From contig JAQGDQ010000257.1 of NCBI GenBank assembly GCA_030141605.1, positions 245,897 to 309,896 of the forward strand: DNA of 64,000 bases, written 5' to 3'. Source of the DNA: Tubiluchus corallicola (taxonomy: Eukaryota > Animalia > Priapulida). The position numbers were made by a program, and so were the translations under genes. A model generated the notes under the pieces. It was not told the DNA's origin and did no database searches. It was given only the letters and a program-made list of their open reading frames with translations. Positions within the stretch are counted from its first letter, which is position 1. The number at the start of each line of letters is the position of its first letter. This document shows positions 27,944-39,900 of this stretch, piece after piece.

Positions 27944-30900
27944 CTAAAATATCCCGTTGCGCATTTCAAAACGGACCTTCAGTTCATTTGGAAATTAACA
28001 TTATTGACATTTTACCCTTAAATAAAAGTGTTTATCTCGAAAAATCATTGGCAGACTCGATACGCGCCTGTACACACACTGAACTTAAACGAGTTTGCAT
28101 ACTGAGCCTTATCGCTAAACTAAATGTGGGTATTTTATATGTATTTTGGAAGGAAAACGCCAATTACATGTATATCATTAATTTCTATTCGACTGAGTGA
28201 CTCTATAGGTCCCCATCCATTGCATTTTATCACAGACCTAGCGCGCGCGCGCATTCATTTGGGAAAAACTGGCCAGGTTATTATGCTTTATTGCTTGGAA
28301 AAACGCCCATCAAATCCATTTCTTCACAGGCTGTTGAACGCTAAGTGTTCTTTCTTCACAAGCTATTCTAAAGAATGTAAGACCACCTATTGTGAGAGAC
28401 GTCGCGCAAAACGCCATAATGATTTTTACTGCTGCCTCTGTGGTCGTAATATGCAGACTTTATGAATAGGAGCGTAAAACTGCAGCGAAATTTCTGGCCA
28501 TTTAGCAGTAAATCCATGACTTTAGTCACTTGATTACATAAAGGTAGCCCCAGCATGCAAATCTTAACTGCAGAACTGTGTAAAGGTTAAAGAGTTTAAA
28601 AATAGGTTTAATAATCATTAATAAAACACTCAAGCAAAATGACATTTTCTTTATTGAAGGAACAATACTCGGATGTATGCGATACGCATGAGTGTCTTAA
28701 ATTTTTTTGTAATCTTGTATGTACAGTCTACATCAATGTCACGTGACGGCTCGTATGCATATTTGGCCGCAAGTTATTCTGACATTCAGTAACCATCAAT
28801 ATCTGTGGGCTAGTCGCAGAGAAAAGGAGTTTTGGATTCTTAGTGGAACTGGGGGAAAATATAATTCGCAACAAAAAAATCTTTCGGAAGCCTCGAGTGT
28901 CTGATCCAGCTTTTCCATCATACCAATTCAATTCAATACATACAATGTACATTGGCAAAGCAATACACGTTAGATACTACATAAACCGGCTGTGTAATTC
29001 TACCAAACAAGGCAGAAAACAGTTTAAATTTGCAATTATAGACATACTCTTTGTTTTACAGTTATAGGTGTAATAAAATGTGTTGTAAACAGGAGTTTTG
29101 CAGTCCTGTGAGTGCTTGCTTTATGCTGGTACACTTGCTTCTGAATTATTTATCCTGTTGTTACAAAAAAGAGGAAACCCAGCAGGAGTGCTTTGCGGCT
29201 TGTTTAATGTCCAGCTTCTCTTATTGTCCGGGAGCCCAGGCGATTTACTTAATGAATGCAAAAGGTCATATTTATTTGACCTGATGCGAAAAACCCGATG
29301 TTTTGTGTCCAAAAGTGGATTGCTGGTTGGTCAAAGCTGTGTCTTGATTGCAGTAATCGCATTTTTGCAATTGAAAGTTCTTAAAATTTTTATCTGCAGA
29401 ATGGAATAAAATTGTGCGACAAGAACAACTACAGAAGACACTGTTTCCGGATGTTAGCCAAGGATAGGCCTATCCTCTGCAACACGTGTTGCTACAATCA
29501 GTGTACAATCAGTGAAGATCCGAGCCATTTATGTAGCTTTTGGTTCCTTCACATTGTCTGCTTTTCCCGATTTCTAGCACTCTCCCGCAGGTCAAATTTT
29601 AAAAAAATTATGTAATGTAATACGTGTTATGTTAGTTTTGTAATGTGAAATGTATAAAAAGTGTAAATGTAATGAGTGAAATTTATGTACTGTAAAGCGT
29701 ATTTCTGTTAATTGTGTTATGTCAAATGTATATATAGTGTAAAATATGTCATGTAAAATTTAATGTACTTTTGTAATATTGTTTTGTAAAAATATTTTAA
29801 TATGGTGTTTGTAAATATGTCCATTTATTTTATATAATTAGGCCTTAGTTTTGCACTTTTTTGCACTGGACGCATTTGTCTTGAACAGTGTTGTTATCTT
29901 AACATTTTACTTAAGGCTTACTCAATTTTATTATAATGAGTGAACCATTTTAATGACAAATAAAGAATTAATATATACATATATATATATATATGTATAT
30001 ATTAATTCTTTATTTGTCATTAAAATAATATATATATATATAGGTCAAAAATCAGAGTTATACTAAAGTATGGAGTAGGTCGCTAGGTAATCTGTCTCTT
30101 TAATGAGAGCTGTCTGTATAGTTTACGAAGGCACTTATATAAGCTATTATGTTTCAGAGAATACCGCAGAAACAAGCAAATATCAAGCTAGATTTTGACG
30201 AGCATGCTTACGTCATGGCTGAGAGTAAAAACAATGATGGCGACCCCTACCAGCAACATGCGTTTAACCAGATTGCTAGTAACAAACTACGTAGTAATCG
30301 CAGCATTCCAGACTCCAGGCACCCATTGTAAGTATACTTATCAGTGGATTATAAAGGTTTTATTAAAAGGAAAAACATCCATGTACAAAAATTGTTCATA
30401 ATAAATATAATTATGGAAAGGAAAGATGTATTGAAGCATGTTCGTGTTGTAACTGATATAATTATGTATTTTTTATGCATATGTATTGCTTAGTGGCCAC
30501 TTAAAGTAAGGAGCTGTGTTTGATTAGAAAGTAGAATTGTGAATACAGGTTCAAAAACAGCGTTTGTACTATGAATTTGTTAGTGATAGAAGGTTGGCTT
30601 AATAATTCTTCTTGAGACAAATGAAATTGTGATGGAAATAATTTTCAAGGAAAAAACGGATTTGAGTGACACCCGTTTTGGGCTTTTGCTATAATTACTT
30701 TGTTACTTGCATTTCTTTAAATTGCTTCTCATGTCTATATTGACTGACTTATCGTCTTATCCTTTCAATTATTTTTTAACTTGTAAACGTGCGAGTTAAT
30801 CCCGCGTGAACTCTAGCTTACTGATGAGGTTGCTAAGCAGCTTTGATTCATAAAGAAAAGCTGATTTAGCGGAAATAATCTCTTCAGTCGCCAACCAAAT

Positions 30901-33900
30901 TACATTAACATGGACGCGCAGTTGAGAATGAAGCAACGTAAAATGCGTGCACAGCGCTAAAATTTATAAACATGGAATCATTAATCGTTTGAATTAGATT
31001 TGATCATAGTTATATGCATGTCACTATGCCAAAAAGCAAATTTGTATGCTACTGCTTTTCAGTTTTTTTTTGTAATTTAATAAATGAAATTTTCCAGTAA
31101 TTTTTTAAATCCTCCTCGTTTTTGTTTTTCTCATTCAGCTGTTCTTACGAGCAATTATAAGCTTCATGAATTGCTGAAGTAGTATAATCATCAATAGACT
31201 ACGGCCATATCAGGTTGAAAACACCGGTTCTCGTCTGATCACCGAAGTTAAGCAACGTAGAGCCTGGTTAGTACTTGGATGGGTGACCGCCTAAGAATGC
31301 CAGGTGCTGTAGGCTTGCGGGATGCCCACACTGTATCTCGACACAAGGCGGAGGAGCTGCACAAGCAGCCAACGGCTAGAGGGCGGAGGAGGTCAGGTGA
31401 CCCAACGGCCATGTGTAGAGGAGTAAACCTTCCAAATCAGGAGTGGAGCTCCGAAGGCGGACCAGTGCAGCATGCTCACTGACTCCGGCAGCTCCTGCAG
31501 CCAACTATCGCTCCGCTTTCCTTTGGACTACACCAGGGAGGAAGAGAGGGGGCTCCTGTTGTTTGGGCAACTCAGAATCTCCATACACCTTGCCCAGACG
31601 TGCGCCCTGGAGACGTTCAAGGATCGCACTGCTCAGCCACAGTCGACGCTGCAGCTCCATCAATGTGATCAATAACTGACTCTCTTGGCGCACACTCCAT
31701 TGTCTTCCGAGACAGAAGGATACCAACCATAATCATCAATAGATACTAATTGTTATCACTATACCCGTTAATTTGAAGTAAATTATGCAATGAGGTACAT
31801 TGTATATATGTAAAATGTAGTTACTATACTATACTACTGATGTGAAATAAATAAATTGAAATTAAATTGAAATTGAAAAATCAGTTTTTAAACCTTACTC
31901 TTGAAGACTGTATTATTTTACCGAAGTCTCTGTGTGTGATTTGCATGCGTTTGTGATGGCGGTTTTGCTAACTCCGCAAATTACAGTTGACTATGATATA
32001 GTTTGCGTGCAACGTGATCATGTTTTTCCAGCGCAAATTTGCGTGATTGTGCAGATGTTTTTCGAGTAATTAAACACGTCAAGTTTTACTAGAGTGTATT
32101 ATAAGTTTTGCTTATTCTCAAAACACTATGCCACTCTACTAACGCTTAATAACATAATGCATGTTAATTACCTGACGGATATTTGGCCGACAGATAGGTT
32201 TGCGGCCTCCTGTTCTTAATACTGTGTACACGCTATCTCGGATATTCTGGTTGGTACAGGGTGGTACATAACTTGTTGTTGGTGGGGGTAAAAAACAAGA
32301 AACAATAACAGCGATGTTTCAATACATCGAACCAGTACAAATGGAATTGCGGAGGTTCTCTCAGAACTTGTAATCTTGAGTGATATAACTACTGGTATTC
32401 AAAGAAACCGGTAATTAGATTTAATAATCTCTGGTACTTTTTGCATACGTTTCATAAGTTTGTCTTGGGAGTTACTCTTTCTCCCAACTGGTACTTGGAA
32501 AAGAAACTTTTGGAATATTTGCGAATTGCGAAAGGTCCTCACAGGCCTTGAAAACTTACATCTTATATCTTTTGAGTCCTTTTTCCCACAAGATTGCAGG
32601 TATTGTGAATTTGTGTTTAGGGTTGTTTGGGTACGTTAAAATATTCTTTGTGGTTGTTTGTTGTTTGCGTTATCTTTTCATCTACATCAAAGTTTGTTTA
32701 CCAGTTTGTATTATATTGCTGTAGAATTTAGGGGACTAGTTCTGATAGGTAATCATTTTATCTCCAGAATACGATGTCTCTAGTGCTGTGTTATGTACGT
32801 ATTAAATGACACTGTGTAAAAGCGGGTGTCTTGGTGTATGAATATCATATGACTTCTACTTCGACATTTTCATTCAGGTGTAGAACAGCCATGTACGACG
32901 AGGAACTGCCACCAACATCAGTCATCATCACCTTCCATAATGAAGCCAGATCGACTCTACTGAGAACTGTGATCAGGTGATTCTGAATGATATACATTAC
33001 GTCTACCTGCCTATGGTATAGTTAGGTTTGTGTGGTCATGCCTCGTAGTACAGGTCTTGCGTTATAGTTCTTCTAATTTTTGAACAGTAGAGTAAAAAAT
33101 TTAGTAACCCAGATTTCTCAAAAGTCCCTCATTGTTTTCAAAAATTTAATAAAATACCAATTACAAGAAGCCATATGATAATTTGGCTGCTGGGTCTGTA
33201 ATTTCATGAGAATTTTGGTGCATATAATTTGGCTTCATTACCTATCCAAGGGTTTTATACCTAGGTATGCGATTTTACAAGTCAGCAGCAGAAAAAAACT
33301 GCAAAACTTCAAATGTAGTCTCTAATATCTAATGCAAATTTCCTTGCGTTGAGAATTCAATGCCTAACGTTGATTTTTTGGTTCACAATAGGGTACTACC
33401 AATAAGGTATGCCTGTCGATAAGACTGTTGACTTTAGTTTTTTAATGCAGTTAAGATGTTCAAATTCCATTTTGTATGTGTATGCAGAGAACACAAATCA
33501 TAATTATGTAAGGTTGTGTTTATCAGAAAGTATTATACTGTATGTAATCTTTGTAATGAAGCAACTTATATAGTAGTAATTTGATTTTGTTGCAGTGTTC
33601 TTAACAGAAGTCCTTCGGAACTCATCAATGAAATCATACTAGTAGACGACTTTAGTGATTCACGTAAGCTAACTTCCAATGTGTTCTTATCTGCATTAAA
33701 CTTGGATATTATGCTCTGGGTCAGTTTTAAATGTCATTAATTTAGTTAACAGCCTCTCATTGCATGTTATGCAACTTGAAGAATAGAACCAACCTGGAAT
33801 TTGTAAGTAGAAATAGGTTATTTGGCACCAGGTCCTGTGTCTACAAGAGAAAACTAATAAAAACTAAATCAATATTACAATCTAAAATAGATTTTTAAAA

Positions 33901-36900
33901 CAAAAGAATAGATTTTATTTTTACTTGCAACCTCTAAGGTGGTATGCATTATTTCATGTTAATTTTCCTTTCTTATCGATGTTGCAGTGTGGTAGCATAT
34001 CGCAGTTTAGCGATCATATTAGCTAAATTAAAATGAAGGCTGAACTAATGTGAAATAAATATAATTTATGCAAATTGCACATTTTTAGCATCGGATGGTG
34101 AGTTGCTAACTTCACTTCCAAAGGTAAAACTGTTGAGGAACCAGAAGAGAGAGGGCCTGATTAGATCACGCGTGAAGGGTGCTGATTTTGCCAGCTCTGG
34201 CATTCTGACATTTCTGGATAGTCACTGCGAGGCGAACATTGACTGGCTAGAACCACTGCTGCAGCGAGTAAAAGAGGTAACACTTAGAAATTCAACAAAA
34301 ATGTGTTTTTGTGGATCTTGAACAGATTCTTGCATAAAATTCTATAGTAATCTTTCCTATTCCAAATTTGTGATATTAGGCAAAAAAGTAACTATATTTC
34401 AGCTATAATTATATCATTTATTATCAGAGGCATTTTAACCAATAGGCTAACTAAGCTGAAGTTTGAGGAGCGTCACATTTTAGAAAATTCGTATTCTCCT
34501 CGGAAAATGTGAACGCTTTCATAGTCATGTAAAGGGCACATTTTATAACACACCACAGGCAGTTACTGAGCGAGGCTTCTATATAAGTGTCACATATAGA
34601 TGCATGGTATTACACAGCAAAGCAGTTGTGCAGCCTACTTGAATATAAGCGCTATGTAAATGCATGTAATTAATAATGACGACGTAGAAACTAGGTTAAT
34701 AGTGTTTCTAATACACCACAAGTAATTGTTCGATCTGCGTATTACATAAGCAACCATAAATTCACAACACAGATAGATAAGTGGGACAAAACTATCAGCC
34801 TAGGGTGTTGTAAAGTCTTGATACGCCCTTGTTTATTATCAGTCGACTAAAAAATATTTATATTATGTGTAAAGGGATGAGTTGAAAGATTCTTTCTTAA
34901 GATGCTCTGCATAATGTTTCTAAACTTCATTTGTCGTCCATCTTGTGGATACGGTGACTTCACTTTATTTACTAGAGCTTATACATTTTTTATTTCTTTT
35001 TTGTTTCAGTCTCCACAGTCTATTGTCACTCCAGTAATCGATGTAATTAGTGATGACAGTTTTCAATACTTTTCATCCTCATCCACTCTTAGAGGAGGTA
35101 GGCATCTTATTATTAAAGATGATCAAATCAATTTTATTTATCCCCAACATAAAAAACTAACATATTACTATACAAATATAAACCATCTAAATGGGAAGGT
35201 GTGGCGAAAAACATGACATTATCGGGTCAGCCACCCCAAGCACTCTATTAAAGATATTCTAGATACTTTATTAAAGATACTCTATACAAATATACTGTAT
35301 TAAAAATAATTATTTAAAGATTTTCTTAAAAAACCCTCGATACCAAAGAATCGGCATCAAAGAGAAGATAAGTAAGTACAGTTATGTGAAAAGAATAAAA
35401 GCTAAAATAATTATTATCTTTTCAGGATTTGACTGGAGCTTGCATTTCCAGTGGGAGCCAATACCACCTCGAGTGAAAAAGCGAATCCTCTCACCAGTAG
35501 ACATTATCAAGTAAGTCTAACAACAAAATCGTGGATAATTTCTAACAGCGCAAATCTGGCTTTCATGCATTTTGCTTGACTCACAAACTGGTTGACTTTT
35601 AATCCGTTTTCACTTCTAGTTTTCGTTCACATGAAACTTGTTCTATCACATTTCCTGCCAAAGGCGTTTTATGCAATTGAATGACTTTGTTGTCATATCC
35701 GGCAACGAAAGTTGTTAATTAAATTATCGATTTACCTGTTTCAGAACACCTGTGATATCTGGAGGCTTGTTTGTGATCAACAGGACGTGGTGGGAACGAC
35801 TGGGAAAATACGATCAGAATTTAGATGTTTGGGGTGCTGAAAATTTTGGTACGTACTCATTCTGTATGCAGTATCGGATTTACTGCACTTGCATACAAAG
35901 TACAAAAAAGTGTACGGTTGATCTGATTTGTTAGAAACTGTTCAAAGACGCTCATTGAAAATAATTTTTGGAAATTAAAACTATGTAAATGCTCTAATTT
36001 CGGCTAATTTGCAACTTGTATAACTGTTGCAAAAATTTTTGTCAAAAGTTATTCTCAATTCAAAATCCTAGTAATATAATACACACTCTATTGCCAGGTG
36101 CCCATACTCATAGATATAGTACTCGCAACCATCCGAAATACCCCTTACCTTGATGCTTCACGGAGATAATCATATTCAAGAACAGTTTTATCTTCATACG
36201 GTTTATTTAATTTCCAAACATAAGCTTGCATTCATTTTAACTTATATCGTTCATGTATCTTGTAACAGTGTAATAATGCTTGTTGCTGTATGTCTATTTG
36301 TCTATTTTTTAAGAAAATTTAAATTTTGTAATTTTATACGGTGTTGTAATTTGACCTTTCTGGTTGTAATGATAAATAAACTTACGTATAAAAAGAAAGC
36401 TTGCTTCTTGGTTGATTTTAGCTATTATTTATTACAGAGATATCATTCAAGGCGTGGATGTGTGGCGGGAGTTTGGAAATCATTCCTTGCAGCCGCGTGG
36501 GTCACGTATTTCGCAAATTCCATCCCTATACATTCCCTGAAGGCAATGCAGCAACATACATTAGGTATGACTTCTCAGTTAAACATATTGCTAATTGAGC
36601 AACAAGCTCAGAATTTGCTTCTAAATATAGTGTATATATATAATATATATATATATACGGCATATAAAAAAATGTAAACTGACTCTCTGAAGTATTATGC
36701 TTGAAATAATGAAAACTGCTTGGTCATAGTTAAATTGAAAGCATGTACTAGATTGCAGCCTATTTTACTAATTAATGGCATGCGTGATATTCAATTTGAA
36801 AAAGGTCACCGATTCAAATGCTAATCAGGCTTAATAACGCATGACTTCATAAGACTATTGTCCATCAAGCAGCGAACCTAAGCGGCTAAATTGCACATTG

Positions 36901-39900
36901 AGCAGCTTAACCTCTATGAAGGTTAAATACTATAAATTAATGTGCACAAACAGCAGGAAATAAATCACATAACTCTACACGAGCGATAATGAAATCGAAA
37001 ACATCCAGGGGGCAGTTATTATTCTCTTCATTCTGTGACTCTTTACTAGACACGCGTGTAATTTCACATTTAGCTACCCCCCACCCCCGTTTAATTTCAT
37101 TAAACCACGAGTTGTGTTTGATTGGGTATCAAGTGCAGCAACGTTTAAAAAGAAAGCATTTGGCTGAGATCGCTAACACTAATTGGTGCATTAGGGAATG
37201 ACGAATTGCTGCTAATATTGATCAGGTGACTTTGTGAAACGATTTATTCGGGTTACCAGTCAATAAAATTGCTTGTTCGAGCTCTTTCAGCTCTTTTTAT
37301 AAAATAATGAAACAAGTTATGTTCATTTCTGTAACTACTGCACTTCGCACTTGCAGAAAGCACCTTAATGAGATTTCACACCTCAGACAGTTGAGAAATG
37401 ATCTTAAGAAACCTACGACAGCATGCAAAAACAGCAATCTCAAACAAGAACAATTTCAGTACTTGCAGCTGCTGATAAAAGAATGTTTTACTATCTGTTA
37501 TTTCGTCATTTGCCTAGACTGCAAAACTTAAACGCAGCTGATTTTTATTTCAGCATTGTGAAGATGCCACAACAGACTCAATGTACAGATTATGCAAAAC
37601 AATGCATCATTGATAAATCTTTAGAGCTGATGTCAACATAATAATAGCGCAATCTATTATCTTTCTTCCTACCATTTCCACTAACACATCCTTCTCCCCT
37701 TCCTGTGTTCTAACCTTTCTCCCAGTTCTTTTTTTTTGTTCACTCATCCATTCTTTTTTTTGTCGGGTTCACATGACAGTGGGCTTATCAAGCCTTTGTT
37801 TCTCTAGCCCACTGCAGTATTCTTATGATAATGATAGTGTATGAAACATAACAATTTAATACAGTAGATGTAATAATTTTGATGTCACAGTGTGCTTAAT
37901 GTCATTATATTGTACTGAACGTGATAATAATAATAAATGTAAATGTAAAAATGTAAATGTAAATAGAGCCCCATAAACCAAATTGTTGTTAACTGTATCA
38001 CAGTAATGACTCTGCTTGTCAAAAAGGTATAAATTATATAATACATTATATTAAATTGAATAAAATGTTATACAGGAACACGCGTCGAATAGCTGAAGTG
38101 TGGATGGATGATTACAAACGATTCTACTATGCAGCAAGACCAGGTGCAACGGAGAAAGCATTTGGAAAGTATGGTGAATTCACTCATTATTAAACTACGT
38201 AAAAAGATAGAGTATTTGGATGGTAATTAAATTGAATTACGAAGCATAAAAGTTTTAGGCAAAAGCAGCCACATCACTGTATTAATATTGTACAATGTAG
38301 TGCACAGTAGCATTTACAGGAAAAAACTAAAATGTTTTTTCAAAGTATTGAATATTTTTCTTATGACTTCTCTAAAACTTGTGTGTGTGTGAAAGAACCT
38401 CTTGTTTACAGGTTTAGTACTTGTGCAAGCTAGAATCATATGCACTTAAAACAACAAAATTCACTGATCTTTACACATTGTGTGCCCTCTGTTATTGTTA
38501 CTTTAATCCTTGTCAGCTGTCAGCCATCTAACAATGCTAGCGACAGTAAATGTATGAATTTACCGCAAAAAGTGATGCAGTCACGTGACATAATACTATT
38601 GCTTAGTTGCTTTCTAATTCAGATTTTTATTTGTAGCATTGCTGATCGGGAAAAGATTAAGAAGAGTCTTAAATGCAAGTCTTTCCAGTGGTATTTAGAC
38701 CATGTTTACCCAGAGCTACCGTAAGTCCGCTATACTTAATTTTCCATTTAAATATTCAGTATGTTACAATCGTGTACATTTGCTGAAACCTTTGTTTCTG
38801 TTCCCAGGCTTCCTAGCACGGATGAGTTGGCTTCAGGACAACTTAAGCAGGAAGAATCATGTCTGGAAGCTTCCAAAAAACAGCCAGGAGAAGGGCCGGT
38901 GCTAGTCGACTGCATTTCTCCACGCGATTCTCAGGTAACTAGGGATTCTCAGAGAAAAATTACTGTGACTTTCAGTTTTTGGCATTTTATAAAACGGAGT
39001 GCAACAATTTTTTACAGTTCTGCTCACAAGTTTCGACTAAACATTTTACCCCTTTCCACTTGACAGGAATGGATGTACACGAAAAAAGGGTTAATTCTCA
39101 CATACAGTTCCCTATGTCTTTCTGTGACCAATACTGAAGGACTTGTTGTCCTAGACCACTGCACGAAAGGCAGCTCTGAGCAGGTGAGTATTTCTTCTTC
39201 TCCTTACAGCTGAGTTAGATAACAACTCTCCGTAGCAAACTTTGTTAAAGTAACACCTCAATAAGACAGAGTTGTCGGTTGGGAATGTCGGGAGAATTCT
39301 TTTAGCATTTCCAACTCTGTGATTTGTGCCCAATCTCAGGTGCAAAACTTGAGGCGCAAAACTTTTTCAGACTATCTCAGTTGGTATTCGATTCTTGCTT
39401 TTGTACGATTGATCTTGTACTATATCTTGATACAGTGTGGACTGTGACTCTTCATTGATAGACCACTTACTGAGTAAATTTCCAAGTCTGAAAAGTAGCG
39501 TGCGTCTGTGGTTTAGTGCTTAGTATTGCTGCCTAGATAGCTGAAACCTGAACTAAAATTCCAGTGGAAATGCATAACTATTCCAGACTATCAAATTTGG
39601 CAGTGCTCATGTGCATTTATTTGATTGCACAATGTCTGAATGCAACTATAAATCTCATTAATGTGACTTTCATGTAATTAGACATAAAATAAATTTGTGG
39701 CTCTGAAAATTCAAATCTCTGTGTTTGAACATCTATCTATGGCGAGTAGACTGCTATGCCAAACATCCCAGGATAATCATTAGCTTTTATTTGCATAAAT
39801 AATATTTTTATCCCTTCTTATTAAATTTCTAACGTTTTTCAATTTAACTGTTCAGAAAATATGAATATTAGCAATGCCAGGAGAATGTGTAAATAAAACA

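Noticed and set aside
20259-27969. Poly-Met ORF (20259) and ER/SL-repeat ORFs (27475-28021); likewise poly-Leu/Val (1438-1718) and ER/SL (51031-51268)
   Set aside because: These are simple translations of microsatellites.
28200-29850. Gene-like, GC-balanced stretches (also about 21900-22330, 32240-32760 and 51780-52500)
   Set aside because: Short broken frames with no recognisable domain. They are probably decayed transposon interiors, but I cannot assign a family from sequence alone.
18947-31316. Two functional 5S rRNA genes
   Set aside because: Both lack the T4 terminator, carry substitutions, and are embedded in longer TSD-flanked retroposed units.
39505-39570. tRNA-like A/B-box remnant
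   Set aside because: Too degenerate to fold a cloverleaf; at most an old tRNA-SINE fragment.
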